The notes under the pieces were generated by a model that saw only the letters and a list, made by a program, of their open reading frames with translations, was not told where the DNA came from and did no database searches. This document shows positions 1 to 14,268 of a DNA stretch of 64,000 bases, piece after piece. The stretch lies in contig JAQFVV010000001.1 in NCBI GenBank assembly GCA_028023455.1, positions 27,528,001 to 27,592,000 on the forward strand, written 5' to 3'. Every line of letters begins with the position of its first letter. Position 1 is the stretch's first letter. Both the position numbers and the translations under genes were made by a program. The stretch is from Epiperipatus broadwayi (taxonomy: Eukaryota; Animalia; Onychophora).

Positions 1-3000
1 CAAATTACTAAATATATTCCCTGAATTTCTACCAAATGTGATATTGCACCTAAGGAATATTTCAGCATGATAGAGAATTTTATTGCTGAGTAAACACCAG
101 CCTGTATACAGTAGTATTGACAATTCTGTCCTTATATGATATCATCCATCAGCTGATTAACGATCTGTACTGCTGTAGAGTTTTGCACCCATGTAGGAAG
201 TGCTGCAGTGTTTCACTTTCACCACTGCACATTTGACATTGAGTATGTATTTTATTAAACCCTCTTTTATTCACTAGGAATTCATTAGTTGGTAATGAGT
301 GTACATTTATTTTTAAAGTAAATCTAGATATTTAGCCTCTAGCTTTCATAGTTTGAATCATCTGATGATGTGTTTATTGTTAACCTTGAGAACAGTTGGT
401 GTTATCACGAAGAATTGACAGAACAGTTAATGAATGTCCCAATATTTGAGCTTATTCCCAATTGCCCCCACAATAATTTCAGCACTCGTAACCAGATTGA
501 CAAACATATCGGTCCAGGGTTGGGTTCAACCATGGAGGTGATGGGGTATCAATGGGAGCGACTAGGGATTGGTAAGAGTCCTGTGAGATTATTCTTCTAA
601 TTGTGACAAGCATATTATGTGCTCTGTATTTGAAAGGAAGAGAGGGTATATAGTCCTAGTCCATTGAGTTTTTTAGATAGTCATGCCTTCCTAAGGCTGA
701 TTGCACCAGTTTTCTTTCTCCACAGGAATCCAGAACATATTAATTTTTGCTATGAAGGTCTTGGTGGGAAGGATGATTGGAAGGAAGTAATTTATTTTAG
801 AAATCTTAACGAGTTGAGTAATGTGACCATGCCATAGAGAGACAAGTAAATACCAGAGAGTGATTTAGAGTATCTGTTATGCCCTTGGAAAGTATGTTTT
901 GTAATTGGGATTCTCATATCCCAAGGAAAAAGCTTGAAAGGGAACCCTGGCTAGAAAGGGCGATGGAATTTTTGTTTCAGATGACAATTTCCAGGCCACA
1001 GACTTGTCCCGATTGAAAAACAGCTGATATTGTTCTGAATACCAGTGTAATATGTTTTCCAGCATTGGTAGGCGATCTGTAGATGGGAGGAGGATGACTA
1101 TGTCATCAATATATGCCAGGCTCTTTGCCTCCCTCCTCAGCCTGGTAGTGTAAACCACAGGGAGATCTCTTTCAATTTTAAGAACCAATGGGTTGATAAA
1201 TGCAGTAAATAATAATGGGCTTAATGAAAATTCCTGCGGTATAGAGATGTTGGGACAAAACCCCAGAGCGATTCTACCATCCATCAAACAAGAATCTCCC
1301 TGTTGCAAAGGAGGTTTTCCATGATGGATAATAGGGTTTGGGGAATAGAAGGGGTTCGTAGTATACTGATGATTAGATTGACCCTCACTAAGTCAAAGGT
1401 TTCCTGAATGTCTAATTGGACAGGTATGGGACTGGAATTTCTCTGGCATCTCACATGTTCAAACTGTGAGGGAGAAAAACTGGGAATAATTAGATCTTGG
1501 ATCGAATCTTTGATTATAGACACTATTATTTATTATGAGAAGAGACATCATCAAAATAGGCCTAAGACTTGTGAGCTCTGATGGCGGACTATTCCTTTTC
1601 AGAGATGGGACTATTGAGACCGGATATAGTCGACAGTTCATTCAGCATGTTAAAAAAATATTGGGGATGATATAATGTCTGAGGTGAAGAAGAAGGAACT
1701 TGTGTATTGCATGTGGTCCAGGATGGATTCTGTCAGGAATTGGATTTTTAATTTATTTAGAATGGTATTGGCTGTAATTTCATGATGAAGAGCATTGTCA
1801 ATGTTAAGGGTCCTTCTATTGTTTTGGATTTCTGGTTCTTGAAGCTTTGTCTTGAAATGATTTCTTATGATGATTAACCTGTTTTCTATATGTAATTTGC
1901 CATTGATATGTATGGAAGAGGGAATGACCTGCTTTTTTTTGAGGCCAGTTCCCAACCTAGGTAGCTTCTGGTCCAGCAAGACTGACTATCCAAGAATCTT
2001 CAGGCTTGCTTAACTGCAATGTATTCTGCTAGGGCCTTCTGTACATCACTGTGTTGTTGCTTGAGTAGGGTGATTTGATTAGTGTCACAGAGTTCATCAG
2101 AGCTTAAATTCAAGTGATATGCAATTTGATCCATTTCTGATAGTAATTTCAAGGATCCACGAATGTTCTGAATAAATCTGTTGATGAGTGACTGGAAAAT
2201 CTCAACAAAAAAGTGATCCAAGCAGATACTGGGCCCAGACTCAGAATATTTATTTTGTCTGTGAAAACCACTGTTTTAAGTTTAGTGTCCATTAAAAAAT
2301 GTAGTTCTGGGGAGTAGTATGTGAGGTCAATAAGGGTTTTCCAGCTGTTGGTACAGAATGAGAAGGCATCTACGGGAAATAGACCCTGCCTGCAGGATAA
2401 CACCCTTGGAAAACAAATGTATGCATTTCTTATTGAACCTCTCATATCCCATGTTAAAGTCACCCAGTATAAGCAGAGGCATTGACTTATTTGCAGTTAG
2501 TACATTAATTTCGAATATGATGTGCTTAATGAGTGAGTCATCTGGTTGTAGGTAGAGGTATGCAATATAGCATCTGAAGTTTCAAAATTGAGCTTCAACT
2601 AATATGGAATTCTCGTCTAAGTATAAAATTGCAAAGCCAGAAGGACCAGAGTGCTTATTTATGATTATTGCAACCCCTTTGGCTGAAATGATGGATGCAG
2701 AATACCTGAAATAGCCAAAGGAAGAAAAAGCAGAATCAATTTTGTGACTACAATTTGTTTAGTTTGATTTCAGACATGAATAAAATGTTAGGAGCATTGT
2801 GGTGTAACCAGTTTTTGATAGCAAATATTCTACTTGGGGAGTTTAGTCCCCTAACATTAATTCTAACTATTGAAATGTGTATGTAAAGACAACATAGAAT
2901 GGGTACAGCATTTATTTTCATGTTTAGTTGCATTGAGAGGGTAATATGCACAATCAGGTATGTGCACAAAAAAAGAAAAATAATATAGACTTAACAAGGA

Positions 3001-4200
3001 AGACTAATTGATAGGGAAGGAGAGTCATTGGTTAAATTTGATGGTAAAAATTTACTGGGCCAAAGATCTGGTAGTTTTTCTTGGGGATTTTTTAGTTTTT
3101 TTGTTTTTCTTTTTTGCATTGGCCATAACGAATGGGTCATCTCAACTGTTGTCTGAAATGCCACCTTCTGAAATTTCAATTATTTGATTGTATAAAACTT
3201 AAATCTCAAAAGAAGACATGCCAGAGTTTGTGTAATGAGTCTTTTGAACTCGCCAGTACCCTTGGATGACATGGTTGCTTAACATTGTTATCTTTGTCAC
3301 CCATTCCTTCAGAACTTTTGACTTTCTGATTGAATTGGATGATGCATTTACTTATGCACAGGACATCCTTTTCAGTGGCAGTATTCATAGCCCAAGATTC
3401 TCACCATTCAAGTTTGAGTCCATGTCTGATATACCTTCCTCTAACGAGAATTTCTTGCAGGAATGAGCAGTGTCATTAGTCTTAGGACCAGGCAGAAGAT
3501 CCATTTTATTTAAGTGGATCCTCTATCTATATTGAAGTGTATAAGTTGACCAATAGATTTTCAATGGAAATAGCTGGAACCTGATTATCAGAAATGACTG
3601 AAGCGACCAGCCTGCACTTATGGCCAAGAATCTTTTTTCCTTACAAATGGATACCACTTTTGAGGGCACTCCCTCATCAAATGTTCACGGGTAACCTTGC
3701 AGCCTGACTCTCTTAATGGAAATGACTAGAGGGGACTCATTATTTGCAATGATAGTAGGGATAGCTTCTAGGAAAAGACTGTTTCAGGCTAAATGCAAAG
3801 ATTCTGGTGTTGTTGAATGTAAGACTACCAGTGTTTTTATCCTTGAGATATTCAAAGTTAACAACTTTCCCATTGTTGTCCAGATACATCTGCAGTATTG
3901 TTTCTCAAAATTGATATGGCAATTTCTGATGGTACCATGTAGTAGTGATAGTCTGGGTGGATCAATTGTCACAAGAAACTTATCCTCTAAGAATCTGTGT
4001 TGGTTTTTAAAAGCTTGCTTCTGTAAGTAGTTGTTAAACTGTATTGCTACATATCGATCATTGGGCAGTGTGATTTTGAAGACATTTTTGATTAAATTAT
4101 TGGTTTTTAAGAGATTATAGAGCTCTTCAAGTGGGAATTTGAAGAGGCTACAGATTAGATCTGTTATGGCAAAGGCTATCGAACAGTCATTTTCAATCTC
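1..4200 (-). mobile_element. Near full-length degenerate L1/Tx1-like non-LTR retrotransposon (ORF1 + APE-RT-zinc-finger ORF2), many stops and frameshifts
   Basis: Minus-strand motifs occur in the expected order. ORF1 has an RRM-like segment (LQMYLDNNGKVVNFEYLKD, ~3830-3900) and degenerate Cys/His knuckles (~3600-3710). APE motifs: INVRGLNS (~2850), LILGDFN (~2455), and a His near 2220. RT motifs: SLSPLLF and AYIDDIV (ORF 877-1308). C-terminal CCHC finger CQMCSGESETLQHFLHGC (~185-240). The 3' end runs off the window. Confidence 0.85.
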
Positions 4201-4205
4201 TTCTT

Positions 4206-5905
4206 CTTACTCCTAACATGCATCTCTACTTTTTTGAGAGGTCTGAAGTCTAAATATCCAAGTCCCATGTCCATAAAACACATAGGCATATTTTCTTTTA
4301 ATATTAAGCTATTTCTACGAAAAGCATTTCAAACAACTTTAATTCTATGATTAATTTCATCCATTATGTTTTCATCTTAGTAATAATTTGACCAAGATAT
4401 TTGTAGTTGTTAACTTCTTCTAACTCATCATTATCTATCTTTACTTTCTTCTTTTGAGAAAATCTATCGAACATTATTACATATACTCATACTTTCTTAC
4501 TTTCATCTGATATCTCTTGCAACATTTTCTGAAGCTCTAAAACATTATTTACAAAAACAACCACATCATCTGCTAAATCTAGATGACTTAAATAATCTCC
4601 ATTTACTTTTTACTCTCTTAGCTTTCCATTTTAATCCACAAAATACTTCTTGCAAAAATAAATAAAAAGTAGTTAAATTACTACCATTTGCTACCATTGC
4701 TGCCATATTCCCTTCAGACTGATAAAGAAACAATATGATAATAAGTAAAAGCTCTAAATTATTTTGATATACATTACAACATTTATAATAAAATACAATT
4801 TCTCATTGTTAATCTTTTTAATATTATGTAATCTAATTGTTGCTGTTGCATTTTTATAAATATTTTTCAGAATATGACAGTATACTTGGTCTACATCTTG
4901 ATGATCCAATGCTTTAATTACTGAAGAAATGCTTATAGAATCAAATGTCTTTTCATAATCTATAAATACAAAGTATAACAGCAACTTGTTTTCATTGATT
5001 TTTTCTACAACTTTTCTCAATACTTGGATGTGATCCACTGTACTAAACCACTTTTAAATCCGTTTTGTTTTTTGGTTGGTTAAAGGCCAAAATTCTCTGT
5101 AAATGATTTGTAATTATTTTTGAAAAATTTTGTACAAGAACTGATAAGTCTGTAATTTCTGAAATTTTCTTTATCACCTTTTTTAAATATTGATATTATT
5201 ACTGCATTCTTCCAATCTTATGGCACATCTTTATCATTTATTTATTTGGTATATAATTTTGCCAAAAATTTTTTTGGTTTGAAACTTCTTTTAAGATATT
5301 GATTATAATTCCATTATTATCTTGAGCTCTTCCGTTTTTTATAAATTTAATCACTTGTCTCAATTCTTCAGTTAAAATCCTGGATAATTCATCAGATATA
5401 GTATTTGTAGGAGGTATTTTTCCTTTTTTTATTGCTATATGATTTTTGACAGAATTCTTCTACACATTTCGTGATGTCACTTCTAATTTTAATAATAGGT
5501 CCATCTTTTTTTCTTATTGCAGAAGTTTCCTACCAGTACCAAAACGTTGTACACTTTTGAGACTTATTTTCTTCTATAATTTTCCTTACTAGTTCACAAT
5601 TATGTTTTCTTATATCATTATCAACTCTTTTTCACACTCTTTTTACAAAATTCAAGAATATTCAATCTTTCTTAATGCATTATTTTTATATATTTTCATA
5701 TTTTATTCTTCATAAATTATAATTGCTCAGTAGAAATTTTACTCCTCAATTGCTTCTTTTTTTGTACAGCTATCTTTGTTGATGTTTTTAAAAGTGTATC
5801 AGTTATTTTCCTATTGATTTCATTGAAATCTGAATCTTATTCAAAATCTATTAAACGATTAGTCGTAATTTAAATTCATTGAAATGTTTTTGAAAATTAG
5901 GAATA
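4206..5905 (-). mobile_element. Degenerate RTE-clade LINE fragment (RT region)
   Basis: ORF 4754-5038 has DHIQVLRKVVEK...FIDYEKTFDSI; HLDLADDVV near 4560-4590. Clearly homologous to the 36.4-38.3 kb copy. Confidence 0.85.
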
Positions 5906-6571
5906 TCAACTCTGATATTGTTTTTTTTTAATAAACTGCACACATAATTATATATAATTTCAAATTTTTTAGTGATTACTTATTATTTTTAAGAACTTTA
6001 AAATATAATTAAAATCTAACTCATCAAGCTTATTGAAGCATATGATTATCTTTTTTTTTTTTAATTGTTTGTTGATTTTTGTTTCTTTAGTCATCTTTTT
6101 ATATTTTGATTGTAATAACTAGTAAAATTAATTTAAGGTAGCTGATAGATATTTTTGCTTTTGGATTTTTCTATTTAAGGAGTAAATAGTGGTAGAAGAA
6201 AAATACTATTTATAAATCTATTTTTGCTCTTTTCTCTACTATCTATTATTGATTAATGTGTTGCTTAGTTTAAAAAGATTGGGCCCATCCCTTTTTTATA
6301 TAATTTTAGCTCATTTTAGAAACTATTAGCCTATGTTTTTATTTAGATAGAGAAAATTTAATTATTAGAATGGACATTGTCACCAATTGTTTTTATTTTG
6401 ATATTAAGTTGGAAGTAATTTTTATTATAATTATTTCATTATTTTTTATTATAACAAGAATTTATATTTATTTGTTGTTTCATTATCTTTTACTTTAACA
6501 AGCTAACTCAAACATGCAAATGGTTTGTTTACTAATGTGTCAAGCACATTTATATATTGCACTTTTAAGTT

Positions 6572-7092
6572 ATTGGTTTATTTTCACACGTTCATTTCAG
6601 TGCTTAAGATTTGCCCATACTTAAGCATTTGGGTTGAAAGAATAGGTGAATTCATTCTATTCTTTCGCAAAGACTTTATCTTGTGTTGGAAATGAAAGTA
6701 TTCATTTATTATTAACATTCATAAAAAAAGCGCATGTACATTAGCATGAAATGCTGATCTTTAATTTATTACAATTTATATACATCGCACGCGCTATATA
6801 AATATCTCATTTACATATGTTTAGTTTCATTTAAGAATGACGTCATAGATTCTAGAAAATTTCGTAGGCGTCATTCATTCAGACATGGTAAAGAATAATT
6901 TAAAGTGATTGGTTTATCTTCACACTTTCATTTCCAGTGCTTAAGATTTGTCCATGCTTAAGCATTTAGGTTGAAACAATAGGTGGATTTATTCTATTCT
7001 TTTGCAAAGACTTTATCTTGTGTTGGAAATGAAAGTATTCATTTATTATTAATATTCATAAAAAAAGCACATGTACATTAGCTTGAAATGCT
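6572..7092. repeat. Direct duplication of ~185 bp (6572-6755 and 6908-7092)
   Basis: Two copies of attggtttat..cagtgcttaagatttg..attagc(a/t)tgaaatgct; period ~336 bp; roughly 90% identical by eye. Confidence 0.9.
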
Positions 7093-9839
7093 AGTTTATT
7101 ATATTGCACTTTATAATATTTATTATTTTAGAATAAATTTTGAACATTATCATCAATTATATTAGTATTAAAAAAATAATATAGGCACTCACATAGCATG
7201 TGGTTTACGATGGTTTATTAGTGCAAAATATGGTCTTAGGAATATCTGGATTATTATTTATAATATAACTGTTATAGTATGAAAGGCTAAAACCTTCGAA
7301 AGATGCGCTTTAAACATGTTTATGTGACAGCCAATCTGATGTAATAATGACTGCATGTGGAACTCTTAATTTTAAAAAACAAGCCAGAACTATAAGAAAA
7401 AGATGGTACCACCTTCTTCTATGCTTAAATTTATATATAAATAAGCCAGGCTCAAGCATTTTGAACTAAGAGTGTGAATCTTAAAATACCTTCACATTTA
7501 ATTCACTAAATATTATATATAACTGTTAATAATATTTTAAGATTTATTTAAAATTTAACATTATCAACAGTGGCAAATGTGATTGTATTGTTTATTATAA
7601 ATATTCTTTAATGTATTAAAAATATTATTAAATCAAATCATCTGTGAACATCATATTAAAACTTTTATTGTATAACAATATTATGTGATTCATTAAAATG
7701 TAAGTGATTCAACATTTTTTCTTTTTATTTAAATTTTTTTATACAATTCTTAATTTTTTCTTTTAAAAAATATTTTTTTACTTGATACACAGTTTTCATT
7801 TAAGTTAAATAAATGATTTGAGCCTAATTTTTTGTATATTAATGTTGGACTTCTGATGTCTTTTATTTCTGTTAAATCATTCAAATGTAGATAATCATCT
7901 ACTCCATTTTATGTTAGATATATATTTGATATTATACTTATTAAATTTCTGTTGAAAGTGATATTAATAACTTTTGATTTCTTCTCTCATAGATAAACAT
8001 ATCTGTCAAAATTACTGCGTTGTTGGTTTCTGATGTTAAAAATTGCTGAAGAAAAACATTATTATGTTCAAACAGAAAAAATACTAATGTTTTTAAATAC
8101 AGTGTATTGCTTTAAAATTATTAGTTATGGAAGCAAGTATTAAGTGCAGATTTGTACAACTTTGTAAGCAATTTTTTTTTTTTTTTGATTTGTTGGAAAA
8201 AAAAAATCATACATTTATTAAGAAGTACATCAGCTTGGTAAATTGAATGAAAATGCTGTTGCAGAAGTGGTAGTAATTAAAGTTTTATGGATTTGCAAAG
8301 GGTAATTAGTTAGTGTTTTATGGTCAGGCTTACTTTGTACAGATAATCATAAAATTACACTGAAAGGAAAGCAAAATATCAAATTTTATGGATTCTTAAT
8401 ATAAATACTACTCTGTGTTACCAAAAACAACACATCAATGTCATAGCCACTTTCTTTATACTTTTCTGGTAAAACCAGCATAAGCAACTCTGGATAAGTA
8501 TGAAAAATAATTAGATTCTTGTGAGATTTTCTATTTATATTTTGTTTTGAAGATGTGTTTGCATTATTTCTATGCAGTGACTGTTTTTTTTACTTATGGT
8601 AGTCAAGTTAGTGGTTTGAATTTTCAAGGAATCCAAGTTATAGAGCAAGGAGAGAATATATTTTTTATAACATATTAAAAGTGAAGAGATAAACACATTC
8701 TTTTAAATATGGATTAAAAAGTAAGGTACAAGGATGTTGTAATATTTTCTTTAGTGTGTATTTCTGGCAGTATTTGACATGATTACCCACATCCATGAAA
8801 GCAATAAAAATGAATGGCATGACATATCCTAGATGGAAGTTAATAGGAATGAATTTCTAGCATTATATCTAAGCCATTATTAAAAACACTGCTCTGTTTT
8901 CTCTTTATATTTTTGTTCAACATAAAATATATCATCAAAGATATTATTATAATTTTTAGAAATGATCTATCAACCTGTTCACATTCTATTAGGAGACCTT
9001 TTATGTATTTTGTATATTTCACTTAAATCATTAATATTTATTATTTCACAATTGTTTTTTTTTTTTTTTGATTATACTTTTAAGAATTATGTTTAAAAAA
9101 TTATCTGTTAAAATCTATATATGTTAAGTTCTCTGCTAAAGAAAAATACAACGGCCTGGCAATAATATATCATTGCCAAGTTATACCAATTTGGTTATCA
9201 TTACTTGTAGTTTTCTTTTGCTTGCTACCCACTTAATATAATTTATTATAGCATTTTAATGTTAGAGATAGATCTTATTACTATTTATACATATATAAAA
9301 TTATATGTAAGTCATTGAAATTGTGATATAAGCATTTTAAAATAAATTATTTTGGAAACTCTTCATTGCTTCATTAATATTTTGAAATAGTATTTTTCTT
9401 AGAGATATGATAGTGTGTCTGTAAATTTATACACACAGTCACCACCAGTTCAGTTAGTGAAGCATGAGTTTCTTGCTCAATTTATTTCAAAAGTAGATCA
9501 TATTTCACTGAATTTTTTTTTACATTGCATCAAAAGGAAAAAATATATTTTCTTATTTTCAGTTCAAAATAATTCTTTTTATATAGGTTTTGATTTTTTC
9601 AGAAGTATTTAATTGTAAAATTGAATTTTATTATATAACTCAACTATTTTAATAAACTTCAATTTAATTGTATTTGAGATGTATTTGTTGTATAATATAT
9701 CAGGAGCAATAATTATACATGCAAAAAGTTCTCCATCCATTTAAAATTTTATACTTATTTTCAAATGGATCATTAATATATAAGCCCTTAGATAATATTT
9801 TATGCATATCAAATACTTTCTAATTGTTTTATTTTACAT

Positions 9840-10551
9840 TGTACCATATATATATATATATGGTACAAGTGTGTTGGCATTTGGTGAAATTTAAAAGCTA
9901 AAAGAAGTAAAATTTAAACAAATTGCTCAATAGACACTTTTTTTTTTTGTTAGTATAAATTATTTTTTTTAGATACACAGTGAAAGTTATTTGGGTTTGA
10001 TATCTGTTTTAAAGTGAGTTAAAATTGGAAAAAATAGAAACACGTACAGATTGCTAACTCAGACAAACCAAAGAAAGTGATTAAAATCAAAGGAATGTGC
10101 TTATAAGGATAATTAAATATGGCTCCAAAGGAATTTATGGAAATATAACTTTGGAGTTAAAAAGTAAAAGGGAATGTACAAATTTATCAACTTGTAAGAA
10201 AACAAAAGATGAGAAGATAATATGCATGGAGATTTCAAACTGGTCACAGGTATAAAAGAGGCAGACAACTTTAGAGAATGGTCTTTTCTTTCTTTTTCTG
10301 GCTGTTTCTTGTGTGCTGCCTAGAGCAAAAAGGACAAGAGGGGCTAATGACAGTTGTGTTTTTCTCCAAAGCCATAATAAAATGTGTTCATCCAGAACTA
10401 CTATGCTAAACCCAGTCATCATGTGTGAGTAGAAACCAGAGCATTCTCCAACACCTTTTCTTGCAAAAGTCACCAAGAGCTTCAAGTCTAGCCTTACTTT
10501 AGTATGGTTCAGAAATGTGAAAATGTTACCAGAATGAAGTCAAAGTTAATT
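9840..10551 (+). mobile_element. LTR-like interspersed repeat, copy 1
   Basis: Homologous to 13602-14268. Starts TGTACCA(TA)nTGGTACA; TATAAAAG at 10251 followed by AATAAA at 10376, a typical LTR layout. Confidence 0.55.
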
Positions 10552-11288
10552 CTTATGGAGCTCTTTGTAAAAGGACTATGCTTAGTACAATAATCAATAA
10601 TCTACATAAACCTGAGGAACTTACAGGTAACTTATTAGTCATATCATAACTCATATGTTTGCAAACTAAACTAAAATGATAAACTTCTAATAAGAAAAAA
10701 AGGAAAGACATTTATTGTTTTATTCTTCAAAGTGAACTGTTTGAATTAATTGATTAATATTGTTATCTGATTATGTGTGGGTATGTTCTTTGTCGTTTTA
10801 TAAATAATTCATAATTGTTTAAATATTTAAAATGACTTAATAAAACTTTTTCCATTAATATAAACCTTTCATTGTACATTATTAATTTTAGTTTATTAGA
10901 TTTTACTATTAAATAATTGTTTGAGAAATGTATAAATTACCAATGCCAGTATACTTCTTGTTTAATAATCAAAGCCTGGGCAAAATAATATAAAATATTC
11001 CTTTAGAAAGTGAACTTTCTAAAATATTGCAGTTTAGTTATTTGTTTTGAATTGATGTGGGGAGAGTCAGTGTATCTACAGTCCTAGCACCCTCTCAAAG
11101 AAATAAAAAAACATTCTGCCAGGAATTCAAATCGAAATTAAAAAATTAAGTAAGTTAATCTGGATATGTAGTTACGTTCCATAAAGCTTTCTAATACTCA
11201 GAATGAATAAATGCAGACTTAACTTGATTAACAAATACATTAAGAAATTTATAATGTATAAAGCTTAAATTAACCGAAAACATTACAA

Positions 11289-13300
11289 TGGCTTCCCAAT
11301 GTGGGACTTTGACACAACACAACCACAGCCTCAGATAAGTCGTAATTGTATAAAAACATTACAATGGCGGCCTAAAATGTGGAATTCGATACCCATAGCC
11401 AGTGAATAAATATGAGAGTTTAATATGTAAAAAAAAAGTTATTGCATGAGATTTAAAAGTTTTTTCCTGAGAAAGAAATAGAGTGGGGGGAAAAATTTAA
11501 GAAAGATGTTTTATTAATGCAAAATAATAGCATGAGTTATATGATAATAAATTAGAAATAAAAGATTATAGACAAATTTGTTCGAAATCTGGTACCATAG
11601 GAAAAGGCATATATATAAATGGGAGATTATAAAGTGGCAACAGAGAGGGGGATGTTGGCGTATGTAGTTAGTATTAAGACAAATAAAATAAAGTATTGAA
11701 TTTATATATATATTTTTGACAGAGTTAAAAAAATAAAGTGTTTTAAGATTTTATTTTATTATCAGTTACCTTGTAACAGAAAAATAAGTTAAACAATGTT
11801 ACATATAAATGAGCAATAAAGTATATGAGATTAAGGGATGGCAAAAATATGCAAGCCATGGCAGAAGGCAAAGCAGAATTGAAAGAGGACATGGAACCTT
11901 TAGTAAAAAAGGTACTATATGAAATAATGACAGATTTCAAAGAGGAAATAAAAAAAGAATAAGCAGAGTTTAAAAAAAGAAGCAAAAACTAAAGTGGGTG
12001 AGGTGATTAAAAGTGTGAAAGATGAGATCAGGATAGAACTTAAGGAAGGGAACAAGTTAGTGAAAATAATAGACAAGAAAGTAAAGAAAGTGACAGAGCA
12101 CTGAACGCATAGTATTAGAACTAGATAAGGAAGAAAACCAAGAGATAGGAAAATCTGCAGAAAGCAGAATCACCAATGGACTACATAAATAATCTGGAGA
12201 GATACTTCACAGTAAATGCGATGTTTGAAGACATTAAATTGATAGTGGCTGCTAGCCATTTACTAGAAGCAGTGCAGGTGTGGTGGGAGTCCCTGTTCTA
12301 AAAACTGGACAATTTTGTTCAATATGGGCAAGCCTTAATAAGATGTTATTGGAATGAAAACCACCAGGAAAGGATTAAGAATAAGATGGCACAAGAAAAA
12401 TACTGATCTGAAGAACATTATGTGTTATTTTTTAGAACACAAGTAGCTCAGTTGCGGGCACTAACTGAATGTCAGTTGACAGACAAATAAATCAAGATTA
12501 CATATAGGAATTTTCTCAACTCAATGGGACATTAGTGATAGGCAACAGATGTGAAATGGTTGAACAGATGGTAGAATTGCTTAGGCTGTTCAACAACAAC
12601 AAGGCTGTTGTGAAGAACACAATGCGAAATATATGCATAAAATTCTGAAATCATAAGAATGAGGTCCAACTTAACACCTTAATGGTTACAGACCACCCTA
12701 GATATGGTACAAACGGTAAGAAATCTCTAATGTAAAAAGAAAATTACCACAATCTAGATCACCATCCCCAGGGGAAACATTCAGAGACCAGGATGGGTAC
12801 CCCATGGCAGAGGATCTTTATGTAAAATGGAGAAATTAGTGTGAGCAATGCAGAGAAGGGCTTAGATTCCTATCACCATGGCCATCATCTAGTTATTCAG
12901 ATAGATAGTTGGGGATAAATTGGGCCAGATTTCACCCTGAAGACTAGGATAGGTCCCTGAAGGAATGAGAAATTAGATTGCAACTTTAAACTGGATTATA
13001 TATAAAAAAATCTATAACCTATCCCTGAAGGAATGAGAAATTAGATTGCAACTTTAAACTAGATTATATATAAAAAAATCTATAAAATAACATTTATAAT
13101 GTCTATAGAAAAGAAAATGATCATGCCTGATGTAGACTACAAGTCTAGTGATTTGGGTGGCACAGGCCTAGAGTGGGGGAAATTAATAGTCCTTATCTCT
13201 AGGCACATCATTGAATACATTGAAACTGTCTTTAATTGCCTATTAGTCTATTTGTACCATAGTCCCTAAATTGGAAGGCAGATCGAGTCCCTTTTGAGCA
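11289..13300 (+). mobile_element. Degenerate Ty3/Gypsy internal region (PBS-like sites, gag remnant)
   Basis: Interrupted translation ~11840-12600: MAEGKAELKEDM..ESPMDYINNLERYF..IVAASHLLEAVQVWWESL..YWNENHQERIK (retrotransposon-gag-like). tRNA-3'-complement PBS-like sites at 11289 and 11365. Confidence 0.75.
12950..13085. repeat. Tandem duplication of ~68 bp
   Basis: ccctgaaggaatgagaaattagattgcaactttaaact(g/a)gattatatataaaaaaatctataa occurs twice in tandem. Confidence 0.95.
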
Positions 13301-13601
13301 GATAAATCTCACAAATAATGGGTTAACAATGCTTCAAAATAATTGACTCAGATTTTTCGTTATTACTCTTGTAAGTGTTGTATATACAAGGAAAGTGGAA
13401 ACAGTTCCTTTCGGAAGTGCTATAGTAATTCTTAGTATACATCCTTGATAACCATGTACTACTACAAATGGGCAGTCTACAGAAATATATCAGTGACATT
13501 AATACATAAAAAAAAAAACCCAAAGAATACCGAAGTGAAATGTATTGAGAAAAAGGAAGTTCAAACCCCTATTTTATTGTTGTTCCCTGTCCTGGAGGAA
13601 T

Positions 13602-14268
13602 TGTACCATATATATATATGGTACAATTGCATTGGCTTTTGGTAACATTTAAAAGCAAAAAGACATAAAATTTAAAAAATTGCTCAATAGACATAGTTTA
13701 GTTTTTTTTTAGATAGTATAAATTATTATTTTTTTGAAAACATATTATCTATTTTAAAGTAAAATTAAAATTGGAAAAAATAGAAACACATATAGTTTGC
13801 TAACATAAACTAAAGAAAGTGATTAAAAGTAATAACGGTAATTAAATATGGCTCCAAAAAAATTATGGAAAGATAACTTTGGAGCTAAAAAGTAAAGGGA
13901 ATGTACAAGATTATCAACTTGTAAGAAAACAAAAAATGAGAAGATAATATGCATGGAGATTTCAAACTGGTCGTAGGTATAAAAGAGGTGAATAACTTTA
14001 GAGAAAGGTCTTTTTTTGTTTTTCTGGCTGTTTTTTGTGTGCTTCCTAAAGCAAAAGGGCAAGTGGGACTAATGATGGTTGTATTTTTCTCCAAAGTCAT
14101 AATAAAATGCATTCATCCAGAACTACTATGCTGAAACCAGTCATCATGTGTGACTAGAAACCAGAGCATTTGCTGACACTTTCTCTCGCAAAAGCCACCA
14201 AGAGTTTAAAGTCTAGTCTTACTTAAGCATGGATCAGAAACATGAAAGCGTTACCAGAATGAAGTCTA
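13602..14268 (+). mobile_element. LTR-like interspersed repeat, copy 2
   Basis: Direct copy of 9840-10551 (~85% by eye); TATAAAAG at 13978, AATAAA at 14101. Confidence 0.55.
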
